From assembly GCA_002450905.1 (NCBI GenBank), contig DKAT01000070.1, positions 70,097-134,096 on the forward strand: DNA of 64,000 bases, read 5' to 3'. This document shows, piece by piece, positions 38,654 through 47,992 of the stretch. The translations under genes were made by a program, and so were the position numbers. How positions within the stretch are numbered: position 1 is the first letter of the stretch; every line of letters starts with the position of its first letter. Origin of the DNA: Spirochaetia bacterium UBA6919. Its GTDB lineage: Bacteria > Spirochaetota > UBA6919. The notes below the pieces were generated by a model. It did not search any database. It was not told the origin of the DNA and was given only the letters and a program-made list of their open reading frames with translations.

Positions 38654-39276
38654 TGATTTTTTTCCAGGATAAAGATTTTGAATAGTCCACCCCAGAAAGC
38701 TGGGATTTCTTTAATTATCGTAAGATGGGTGTGCTGAATTAAGTGATGAAAGTCGATATTAATATTCGTTGCAAGAAGATTTGTTAAGACATTAAGGGAT
38801 TTACGGATGAGAGAGGGATTTTTATTTTTATGAAGGAATTTATCAAATACAATAAGACGTCCCCCGGGAGATAAAACACGTTCTGCTTCCTGGAGTGCCT
38901 TAATAGGATCTTCACATACAGCAAGGATGAGTGGCATGATGATTCGGTGGTATGTATTATTATTAAAATCCAGTTTCTGTGCATTCATACGGTGGATTGT
39001 TATATTATTATGATTTTTTGCTTTCCTAACAAGGATTTTTATCATTGTCTTGCTGTAATCAATGATTGTTATAGGGATATTCTGGTCGATGAGATGGATT
39101 TCTTGTCCTGTCCCACCACCGATGATAAGAATATTATTAATTTCTGTTTCTGGTGGAGATATCTGAATGGCTTCCTGAATATAGTTTATCCGAGCAGTTT
39201 TTAGAAATGCTGTGGTGATAAAATCATAGATTGGGGCGTAAAAATCCCATAGCTGAGATCCAATTTTATGTCTCAT
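38650..39276 (-). CDS. class I SAM-dependent methyltransferase
   Basis: 208 aa. Motif I (ILIIGGGTGQE), a post-I acidic residue, and motif II/III spacing typical of small-molecule/UbiE-like methyltransferases. Confidence 0.7.
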   Translation of the reverse strand: MRHKIGSQLWDFYAPIYDFITTAFLKTARINYIQEAIQISPPETEINNILIIGGGTGQEIHLIDQNIPITIIDYSKTMIKILVRKAKNHNNITIHRMNAQKLDFNNNTYHRIIMPLILAVCEDPIKALQEAERVLSPGGRLIVFDKFLHKNKNPSLIRKSLNVLTNLLATNINIDFHHLIQHTHLTIIKEIPAFWGGLFKIFILEKNQ

Positions 39277-39386
39277 GAGAATAGTCGGATGTTTATAATA
39301 TTTTTTGTATTGTATAGTAAATTTAATAAGAAAATTATTATATTAGTAGAATAATTAGAAATAAAATAAGTTTTTATGGAATTTCA

Positions 39387-42300
39387 ATGCTCAGCACAAT
39401 AAATTCTTATTGTAGGGTTATTTTAATATCTGTATTTTTTGTTATTATAATGAGTAGTCCATTGTTCTCATCGGATGGGGTGATAATCCGGGATGGACAG
39501 GAGAGGATAGAGTTATTCAAGAAATATGATTACTTAGTGGATAAGAAAAATAGTCTTGGGATAAAAGATATTCTCTCTCCAGATTATGCTAAGCGATTTT
39601 CGAAACCGAATAAACCCTTTCCCCACTATGGATATACCCAGGATACTTATTGGGTACATGCAAGGATTCAGAACGTATCAGGCAGGGAAAGGTGGTATCT
39701 TGAGATCCAATCGCCATCTATAGACACAGCGAAAATATATTTAGTACATAATGGTGTTGTATTAAAGGAAATGAAGGCAGGGTGGAAAGTTAATTTAAGA
39801 GAATGGTCCTATCCTTATCGCTTTCCATTATTTCCTATTAATTTCAAAAATAAGCAAACCACAGACATTTATCTGAGAGTCAGTACAAGAAATAATATGC
39901 GATTTCCTATGGTTTTATGGAAACCACGTGTATTTCAACACGCCGTGAATAAGGAATCTGTGCTTATTGGAACGCTATTAGGATTAGTGATTTTTGCAAT
40001 GCTTTATAATACATTTACTTATTTTAGACTTAAAGATAAGAACTATTTATATTTCTTGATGATCGTATTTTTCTATGGCTTATTTGTAATAGAATTTTAT
40101 GGACTTCGTTTTCTATATTTAACATCGATTCATATTAGTTACTATAATATATTAATTTCTATTTATTTAGGAATGATAGCTCTTTTTTTTAATATATTTA
40201 CACGATCGTTTTTAGATACAAAATCCATTTCACCAGTTTTGGATAAGATCTTATTATTTTTATTTATACCCCTTACTATTCAACTTGTATTATCCTTTTC
40301 AGGTCAAGCAGCATTTGCGAATACACTATTTTTTATATATTTTTTTTTACTAGGATTTATTTTAACCCCCCTTGCTATTTTATTGAATAAAAAGAAAGTA
40401 TTTATATCAAAATTCTATCTCATATCATGGCTCTCTTTACCCATTGGGATAGGATTATTGTTTTTGAGAAATATGGGTCTAATCCCGTTTTCGATCCTTT
40501 CGTTAAATTCTCCTCATATTGGAGCAATAATACAGGTATCATTACTGTCCATTGCCCTTTCTGATAAGATAAAAGCGGTAGAAAAAGAACGAGATCTTGC
40601 TCAGAGACAGGCGATAGAGAATCTTCACAAAGCAGATCATCTGAAGGATGAGTTCCTTGCCAATACCAGCCATGAATTGAAGAGTCCTTTAAATGGGATT
40701 ATCGGCTTGTCTGAATCGATGATCGATGGGGTAGCTGGAGTATTGAACGATCATCAGAAGTCCATCCTCAATATGGTGATCCGAAGCGGGAAGCGATTAT
40801 CCAATTTAGTGAATGATATTTTGGATTATTCCTTGCTGAAACATAAGAATATTGTCCTCCAAAAGAAACACATCCCGTTAAAACCCCTTGTCGACATGGT
40901 GATCCAGATTTCTGAACCCCTGTTGTATAATAAATCGGTTCGTCTTGTGAATCTTGTTTCAGATAGGGAATTGTATATCTATGCGGATGAGAATCGTCTT
41001 CAACAGATCCTTCATAATCTGATCAACAATGCCATTAAGTATACAGAAGAAGGAATTATTGAGATATCTGCTAATATTTCGGGAGAAATGGTTGAGATCA
41101 GCGTTAAGGATACGGGGATTGGTATTTCAGAAGAGAAACTGGATCTTATATTTGAATCATTTCAACAAGGTGATTCTGGAATAGCAAGGTTATATGGTGG
41201 AACCGGTCTTGGATTGACTATTAGTAAGACTCTTGTAGAGCTTCATGGAGGTTCAATTAGTGTTCAATCCAGTAAAGGACAGGGTAGTCATTTTTATTTT
41301 ACTGTTCCTCAAGGAGAAATAACAGATGAGCCCATGATATCCGATGAATCTGTAGCGGTAATATCTCATCAACCATCGACAGAAAGTCCTTTGGAAACAT
41401 CAATTATTCAGTCCAGTGATGGAAGACGTGGGAATATTCTTGCTGTTGACGATGATCCGGTGAATCTCCAGGTGTTGGTGAATTATCTATCTATGGAAAA
41501 ATATACCGTAGTAACCGCAATGAATGGACAGGATGCCTTGAATCTTGTTAATAATCAATCCTTTGATATTGTACTACTCGATATCATGATGCCCAGGATG
41601 AGTGGTTATGAGGTTTGTACCCATATAAGACAATTTTATTCTGCTATAGAACTACCAATTATATTATTAACTGCTAAGAATCAACTAACTGATCTTGTAA
41701 TGGGACTTGAATGTGGAGCTAATGATTATCTGACAAAGCCGTTTACCCGTGGTGAATTGATAGCCCGCATGAAAAATCATTTGAACATATCCTATTATTA
41801 TAATCAGTTAAAGGAATTAAACAATCGATTAAACCATAGTGTTCAGGAGAGGATTAGAATTACTGCCCGTATTCACAATTCTCTGAAAAATAAACTGGAA
41901 GCAGCAAGAGGACATCTACACAATCAAATACGAAAGCCTGAAAAGTATAATAATCTTCAGCTAATAGAAAATCTTTTAACACACTGTACCCGGGAGAGTG
42001 GTAACATCTTGTTTGTATTAAATAACAGTGAATGTACAGTGGAAAAGCTTTTAGACGAGATCAAATTACACACAGAGCTGATGTTCAAGATTTATAATAT
42101 ATCCTTCAGTGTAACACCTGATAAACTCTATATAAAAGACGTTTTAGATATGGAAAAAGTCCATGGAATCCTGGATATCTACCTGGAAATATTAAATAAC
42201 ATCATAAAACACTCTTCAGCAAACCATGTTGATATACAAGCGAGTTATGAGAATGATATATTATCCATATCTGTAAAGGATAATGGTATCGGATTTGATT

Positions 42301-42470
42301 ATCATAACGCAAGAAGAAAGCATATTTCCTATGGTTTAAATATCATTGACGATCTGGCTCTGCAAATAGGAGGGAAATACCGGTATAATTCCGCTATCAA
42401 TCAAGGAACAGAGTTTTATCTTACTGTAAAAGAATGCCATAAAGCCCCTTCTAAGATTCTATTTATTTAA
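39387..42470 (+). CDS. 7TMR-DISM hybrid sensor histidine kinase (HisKA/HATPase + REC + second HisKA_3-like/HATPase module)
   Basis: 1027 aa. Signal, 7TMR-DISM extracellular region, 7 TM helices, H-box NTSHELKSPLNGIIG, HATPase (DTGIGI...GGTGLGL), receiver domain (LAVDDDP...DIMMP...TAKNQ), coiled coil, then a second ATPase domain with DNGIGF...G-box. Confidence 0.85.
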   Translation: MLSTINSYCRVILISVFFVIIMSSPLFSSDGVIIRDGQERIELFKKYDYLVDKKNSLGIKDILSPDYAKRFSKPNKPFPHYGYTQDTYWVHARIQNVSGRERWYLEIQSPSIDTAKIYLVHNGVVLKEMKAGWKVNLREWSYPYRFPLFPINFKNKQTTDIYLRVSTRNNMRFPMVLWKPRVFQHAVNKESVLIGTLLGLVIFAMLYNTFTYFRLKDKNYLYFLMIVFFYGLFVIEFYGLRFLYLTSIHISYYNILISIYLGMIALFFNIFTRSFLDTKSISPVLDKILLFLFIPLTIQLVLSFSGQAAFANTLFFIYFFLLGFILTPLAILLNKKKVFISKFYLISWLSLPIGIGLLFLRNMGLIPFSILSLNSPHIGAIIQVSLLSIALSDKIKAVEKERDLAQRQAIENLHKADHLKDEFLANTSHELKSPLNGIIGLSESMIDGVAGVLNDHQKSILNMVIRSGKRLSNLVNDILDYSLLKHKNIVLQKKHIPLKPLVDMVIQISEPLLYNKSVRLVNLVSDRELYIYADENRLQQILHNLINNAIKYTEEGIIEISANISGEMVEISVKDTGIGISEEKLDLIFESFQQGDSGIARLYGGTGLGLTISKTLVELHGGSISVQSSKGQGSHFYFTVPQGEITDEPMISDESVAVISHQPSTESPLETSIIQSSDGRRGNILAVDDDPVNLQVLVNYLSMEKYTVVTAMNGQDALNLVNNQSFDIVLLDIMMPRMSGYEVCTHIRQFYSAIELPIILLTAKNQLTDLVMGLECGANDYLTKPFTRGELIARMKNHLNISYYYNQLKELNNRLNHSVQERIRITARIHNSLKNKLEAARGHLHNQIRKPEKYNNLQLIENLLTHCTRESGNILFVLNNSECTVEKLLDEIKLHTELMFKIYNISFSVTPDKLYIKDVLDMEKVHGILDIYLEILNNIIKHSSANHVDIQASYENDILSISVKDNGIGFDYHNARRKHISYGLNIIDDLALQIGGKYRYNSAINQGTEFYLTVKECHKAPSKILFI

Positions 42471-42869
42471 TCTATTCTATAGCAATAAATCAAAGATATT
42501 AACCAATGAATCATAGACATATTGCAAAAAATGCATAATCCCATGGAAAGATTCAGTTGTGATGATAAAAATGCATTAAGATATATTTCATTACCAAAAT
42601 TAAAATAATAAAATTATGAAACAATCTCTCAAAAATATTTATGTAAAAAATGCACTCCTTATTCTGACACCAAAATCTGATATAAATTAATTCTTTAAAT
42701 AATAATATACTAACACCCATAAAATAATTTAGTAACATGGCACAAAAATTGAATATATTTTAACAGATAAATAAGAAATATTAAATATTTGTTTATCATC
42801 CAAGGAAAAGAGTTATTAGGTGATTATTAGATTAATTGGTTAATTGCATGTTAATCAAAGAGTTTGACT

Positions 42870-42907
42870 AAAGGTGGTCATTGGGATCACCTTTATTTTT
42901 TTTCCCC
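42870..42907 (+). terminator. intrinsic terminator-like hairpin (orphan)
   Basis: aaaggtg-gtcattgggat-caccttt, a 7-bp perfect stem with an 11-nt loop, followed by aTTTTTTTT. It lies 400 bp after the kinase stop in an AT-rich gene-free gap. Confidence 0.5.
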
Positions 42908-43172
42908 TCCCAAAATTCATCAGTATATTAAATCATATAAACCGTTACAACATTCTTAATTATATAAATACCCCTTTAATATTTCTTTTCATTAGAAAAA
43001 ATTGTCATTTTCTGGAATATTTATTATTATTACTTCCTTATAAGAATGCTATATTATTTATAAGTTAATTATAATAATTGACTTAATTAACGTTACGATG
43101 TTTTATAACCATAACACGGATAACCATTAATAAATTATATTATATTTCTTATTTAAATCAATAAATCAGGAG

Positions 43173-43457
43173 TTGTTCATGGACAATAATTTTATTTTTC
43201 AATTACTACCCATCGTTGGTATCTTTGCAATATTCTATTTCCTAATGATTCGTCCTCAACAAAAGAGACAAAAGGAATTACAACGCCAAATTGAAACTCT
43301 CACAAAAGGTGACAGATTTCTAACCGCTGGTGGAATCTATGCTACCGTAATAGGAATCAAAGATAATGTCGTCACAGCTAAAATAGCCGATGAAGTCAAA
43401 GTAGAAATCGCTAAAACAGCAATCTCCGCCGTCGTCTCAAAAGGGGAAGTGAGCTAA
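43173..43457 (+). CDS. yajC: preprotein translocase subunit YajC
   Basis: 94 aa, single TM, LMIRPQQKRQKE motif. AGGAG RBS. Confidence 0.85.
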   Translation: MFMDNNFIFQLLPIVGIFAIFYFLMIRPQQKRQKELQRQIETLTKGDRFLTAGGIYATVIGIKDNVVTAKIADEVKVEIAKTAISAVVSKGEVS

Positions 43458-43569
43458 TTTATTTCTATATATAATAATTTATGATTTTTAACCTGAATCC
43501 TATAAATACGTTATTCGGTTACAAATTATTTTTATTCCTTAAATTTAATTAAATGGAGATATATTTCCT

Positions 43570-45585
43570 ATGCAATCCAAAACCAGTCGTACTCTTGTCT
43601 TCATCGCTGTTCTGTTAATTTGTGGATATGTCTTGTATCCTAGTGTTGAATGGTACTATCTCACAGATAAAGCAACCCGGGAAAAATTCGATCTTACAAA
43701 TCCAGAACTCGCTCAAAAAGATCAGGAATTAACAGATATTTACGTTCAACTCCGACAAATGATTCCTAATAAAAAACAACGCCTCAAGGATAAAGACGAA
43801 AAGGAATATATTTTTAACATCAATCCATCTCAGGAAAAGCGATACAAAGAAAAATATTTACTAACTACCGATGACACAATTATACACCGTATTTTTGGTG
43901 ATCAAACAAAGGAGATGAAACCTAAATTCCTCACCCTGGTTAAAAAAGCAAATCAAATTAAAGAAGATATCCGATTGGCTGAGTCTTTTAAAAAGAAAAG
44001 AAATAGTATTGTAAAGATGGGTCTTGACCTCGATGGAGGTACTCACCTCACTTTCGCTGTAGATAAGGAAGATCTCATCCGTCGGCTACGAAAAAACTAT
44101 GCCTCATCAGGGATCAAAGATACCAATACTATCGAAGAGATTATTTCAGACGGAAAAATCCCTGATAAAAATAAAATAACTGTTGATGAGAAACTACTCA
44201 AAGAATACTATAAAGATCAATCCTCCAGTGAGCCAATTAATAATCTCAAGCAAAGACGCATTGATGACTATATCAAAGATATAGAAGATAAGCTGACAAA
44301 ATCCAGTGATGATGCCAGTAAGCTAATCCGCACCCGTATCGATAAATTCGGTGTATCAGAACCAACAATTTCTAAGGGCTTGGGTGATACTATCTTTGTA
44401 GAACTCCCCAGATTAAATAAAAAAGACGTTGAAACCACAATCAAAACTATTACTGAAGCAGGTCATCTTAATTTCCACCTTGTCCATGAAGAATGGATGG
44501 ATCGTATCCCCTCAAAATACCTCGTAGGTTCAGGTCGTGGTAGTGGCTATGTTAATAAAACATATGTCAAATATGATCCTTCAAAAAACGCACCCCCTGT
44601 TCTCCGTGAACAAGCTATAGAAGATTTTAAAGAAGCTGGAATTCAACTCTCAGAAGACATCAAAGGTGCAAATTTATACCCCTACGTTGAAACTGATCGC
44701 CGTGGATTTCCTCAAATCCTAGGATATGAAATCCTTTATAATAAAATATCAATTGAAGGGGAACGCCTCACCAGTGCTCATTCAGGATTCGATAATAAAA
44801 CAAATCAGCCCCTCGTCTATTTTAATCTGGATAACGACGGTGGGGTTAAAATGGCTAAAATATCTGGTGATAATCTCCACAAAAGAATGGCTATTGTGCT
44901 GGATGGCAATGTGAGAAGCGATCCACGATTTCAAAGTGTTATCCATTCCTCAGGACAAATCACCCTCGGCAGATCTTCAGAAGACGAAGTCAAGAAATTA
45001 GTAGTTATCCTGCAAGCAGGAGCTCTCCCAGCTAAGTTGTTATTCAGAAATGCCATCACAATCGGCCCTAAACTGGGAAAGGAGAATATCCAGAAAGGTA
45101 TTTTTTCAGTAATTGTTGGTCTGGCTGTCATCACAATTTTCATGCTCATATATTATAAATTATCAGGAATCATTGCTGTAATGGGTCTGGTATTTAATGT
45201 CTATGTACTTGTTGCTATCTTATCAGCATTTGGTTTCACCCTAACACTACCAGGTATTGCTGGTATAGCCCTAACAATTGGTATGGCAGTGGATGCAAAT
45301 GTCATCATATTCGAAAGAATGCGGGAAGAAATTAGGGAAGGTAAGTCCCATCACGCTGTAGTGGATATTGGATATAAAAAAGCATTTAGTGCCATCTTTG
45401 ATTCAAATATCACGACGATCATCGCCGCATTTGTCCTTGCTCAAATTGGTACAGGCGTTATTAAGGGATTTGGATTCACGTTGATGTGGGGAATTATAAG
45501 CAGTATGTTCACAGCTCTCTTTGTGACGCATCTTATTTTCGACTTTCTAAAAGATACTTTCAAACTAAAGAAAGTCTATGTATAA
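43570..45585 (+). CDS. secD: protein translocase subunit SecD
   Basis: 671 aa. Large periplasmic P1 domain, then 5 C-terminal TM helices with conserved GLDLxGG and FVLAQIGTG-like motifs. Confidence 0.9.
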   Translation: MQSKTSRTLVFIAVLLICGYVLYPSVEWYYLTDKATREKFDLTNPELAQKDQELTDIYVQLRQMIPNKKQRLKDKDEKEYIFNINPSQEKRYKEKYLLTTDDTIIHRIFGDQTKEMKPKFLTLVKKANQIKEDIRLAESFKKKRNSIVKMGLDLDGGTHLTFAVDKEDLIRRLRKNYASSGIKDTNTIEEIISDGKIPDKNKITVDEKLLKEYYKDQSSSEPINNLKQRRIDDYIKDIEDKLTKSSDDASKLIRTRIDKFGVSEPTISKGLGDTIFVELPRLNKKDVETTIKTITEAGHLNFHLVHEEWMDRIPSKYLVGSGRGSGYVNKTYVKYDPSKNAPPVLREQAIEDFKEAGIQLSEDIKGANLYPYVETDRRGFPQILGYEILYNKISIEGERLTSAHSGFDNKTNQPLVYFNLDNDGGVKMAKISGDNLHKRMAIVLDGNVRSDPRFQSVIHSSGQITLGRSSEDEVKKLVVILQAGALPAKLLFRNAITIGPKLGKENIQKGIFSVIVGLAVITIFMLIYYKLSGIIAVMGLVFNVYVLVAILSAFGFTLTLPGIAGIALTIGMAVDANVIIFERMREEIREGKSHHAVVDIGYKKAFSAIFDSNITTIIAAFVLAQIGTGVIKGFGFTLMWGIISSMFTALFVTHLIFDFLKDTFKLKKVYV

Positions 45586-45613
45586 TTAAATTATTTCGGT
45601 AAAAGGTTTTATT

Positions 45614-47050
45614 GTGAAGATTTTTGATTACATGCGGTATAGTAGATACTTTATCACCGTTTCAGTTATAATAATTCTATCAGGTTTCGTAGTTTTCTTT
45701 GTAAAAGATGGATTCCGCTATGGTATCGACTTCCAGGGTGGTAGCCAGATTCAGGTGGATATCGGTGTCCCCTCTGATATTTCTGAACTACAAAAAATCG
45801 TTGGAGAAAATGTCGAAATCACGGCTATTGGGAATGAAAAAAAGGAATTCATCTTAAAATCCGTTGTAGAAAAAGATATTAATGAAAAAATTATTAAATC
45901 GGTATTTGACGAAAAGGTGTTCAATCCCTTGAAATCAAAATACCCTCAAATGAAAGTGATCGGTAATATTCGCTATGAACTCAGTGGAATCAAGTTTCGT
46001 GTTGACCTCGGTGAAAAAATCGTTATCCAGAAGCTTGAAAAAAAATATGGTGCTTCTATCACCCAGCCAATCAAGAATAAAAATGAATATATCTTTAATG
46101 TCAACTTGAGCCAGCTCCTCGCCAGAAAAAATATAATTGATCCCCTCTCATCCCGTTATTTTAATAAAGAAGTCAATTATCGTATTGATCTGGGTGAAGA
46201 CACAAATATTACAGAAGCCACGAAATCTGTTGCAAACATCAAAGGAATTAAGGTCGATGCCGAAAGCCCTAGAGAATATAACTTCCTCATCGATGTTGGT
46301 GGTAAAAAAGGATCTGTAAATGTTAAGTCCGCTGTAGACCAAAAAAAATCATATATCGAAATTCAAGTCTTTACAGAAATTAAAAAGAAATTTACAAAAG
46401 CATCCATTAAAAGTCATACTGTCGAAGATGGATTTATCATTAGTGAAACAACTTATGATCCCACTCAGGGTGCTGCTATTAAAAAACAGGCATGGTATGT
46501 TACTGCTCTTGTTCTAATTATTATATTAATTTATGTTGCATTGAGATTCCAACTCAAATATGCTGTGGGTGCTATTCTGGCATTAATTCACGATGCCTTT
46601 GCAGTCCTTGCTTTCGTATTATTTTTCGATCGGGAAATGGATATCCCCACCCTGGTTTCTATTCTCACCCTCATGGGTTACTCTTTAAATGATACCATTA
46701 TTATTTTTGACCGTATCCGTGAAAACCGTGAACTGACGAACACCGAAGATATCAGACCCCTTGTCAATAAGAGTATCAGCCAGTCTTTCAGCAGAACAAT
46801 TATTACGTCGACATTAACGTTATTCGCCGTAGGTTGTATATTATTTTTGGGAGGACAAGCCCTTGAAAACCTCTCCTTTGCATTATTTATTGGAATTATT
46901 GTCGGTACTTACAGTTCGATTTATATAGCAAGTCCTCTTGTAATTGTATGGGAACATCTTGTTGAACGCCGGTTAGAAAAAAATGCAGGTGAAAAAAGAC
47001 CTTCTGCCCGCAAAAAGAAAGATGACACAAAAGATAAGGTTGTTGTATAA
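45614..47050 (+). CDS. secF: protein translocase subunit SecF (enlarged periplasmic domain)
   Basis: 478 aa, GTG start. TM1, then an about-260-aa periplasmic region, then 5 TM helices with SecF motifs (GYSLNDTIIIFDRIREN). Confidence 0.88.
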   Translation: MKIFDYMRYSRYFITVSVIIILSGFVVFFVKDGFRYGIDFQGGSQIQVDIGVPSDISELQKIVGENVEITAIGNEKKEFILKSVVEKDINEKIIKSVFDEKVFNPLKSKYPQMKVIGNIRYELSGIKFRVDLGEKIVIQKLEKKYGASITQPIKNKNEYIFNVNLSQLLARKNIIDPLSSRYFNKEVNYRIDLGEDTNITEATKSVANIKGIKVDAESPREYNFLIDVGGKKGSVNVKSAVDQKKSYIEIQVFTEIKKKFTKASIKSHTVEDGFIISETTYDPTQGAAIKKQAWYVTALVLIIILIYVALRFQLKYAVGAILALIHDAFAVLAFVLFFDREMDIPTLVSILTLMGYSLNDTIIIFDRIRENRELTNTEDIRPLVNKSISQSFSRTIITSTLTLFAVGCILFLGGQALENLSFALFIGIIVGTYSSIYIASPLVIVWEHLVERRLEKNAGEKRPSARKKKDDTKDKVVV

Positions 47051-47284
47051 TTTATTTTACTGAAAATAGATTTTAATCCCGACAACTCTTATAATTTATT
47101 TCTATGCTGATAATCCTTTATAATTGAAGTCCGCATATTCAAATTTTAAAAGATTATTGGTATACCTAAATAATTATCTATATACAAATATTACCTTCCA
47201 GTAAGCGTTTCAAAATAATTCAAAAAATATCTCCCCCAAAATCCAAAATAAATTATATTTCAGTATATTGAAATCCATAATCGA

Positions 47285-47992
47285 TTGTCGACAAAGAGAA
47301 TTATTATGAAAAGACCCCTCATCATTTTTTTAACAATATTTATTGCCATTCTGTCCTGTTCAGATAACCACAATAAATCAAATAAACAAGTCGCTTCAAA
47401 TGACCTCAATAAATCGGATAAAAATACTAATAAAGTACCCAATGATTACGTCAAAACAGATAAAATTCTTAATCCAATAAAAATACCCAAATATGCGAAA
47501 TACCATCGTCCCAAGAAACTTTATAGTAATATACCCAAAACAGCTTTCCAAGCCCTTGAGCAATCTAAAACATTTCATTTCCTGACCTTAATACCTGGAG
47601 GTCCAATTAGAACAACGAATAACAATATATTTTTACATAGTCATAAAATCCTTGGCTGGGCAGTGATCAAGGATAAATCCATCCGCATGGCAATCCTCAA
47701 TAATCTTTACCGAAACATTGAGAGCCATGATGACAAGGTTGCAGATTGTTTTATACCCCGTCATGGCATTCGTGTCGATGTGGGAGGTATAACTTGGGAC
47801 TGGGTAATCTGTTTTGAATGCCAGAAAATCCGTATCTATACATCCAATTGCAATGAATATTATATATATGTCAAAAACAATGGACAATTCTTTAATCAAA
47901 TCGCCCGTATGTATGGTTTAAAGAACTCTTCAAAACGACGAAAGCCAAAACACCAATATCGCAAAGAAGATTTTGAAGGACGTTTTAAGTGA
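47285..47992 (+). CDS. hypothetical lipoprotein
   Basis: Likely starts at MKRPLIIFLTIFIAILSC (about 47306) with a lipobox Cys. Its stop overlaps the GTG start of the downstream ankyrin gene. Confidence 0.5.
   Translation: MSTKRIIMKRPLIIFLTIFIAILSCSDNHNKSNKQVASNDLNKSDKNTNKVPNDYVKTDKILNPIKIPKYAKYHRPKKLYSNIPKTAFQALEQSKTFHFLTLIPGGPIRTTNNNIFLHSHKILGWAVIKDKSIRMAILNNLYRNIESHDDKVADCFIPRHGIRVDVGGITWDWVICFECQKIRIYTSNCNEYYIYVKNNGQFFNQIARMYGLKNSSKRRKPKHQYRKEDFEGRFK

Noticed and set aside
42553-43068. ORFs 42553-42738 (minus) and 42874-43068 (plus) in the kinase-yajC gap.
   Set aside because: Low-complexity Ile/Leu/Phe/Tyr-rich translations of AT-rich DNA with no RBS. The plus ORF begins inside the terminator hairpin. 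Treated as non-coding.
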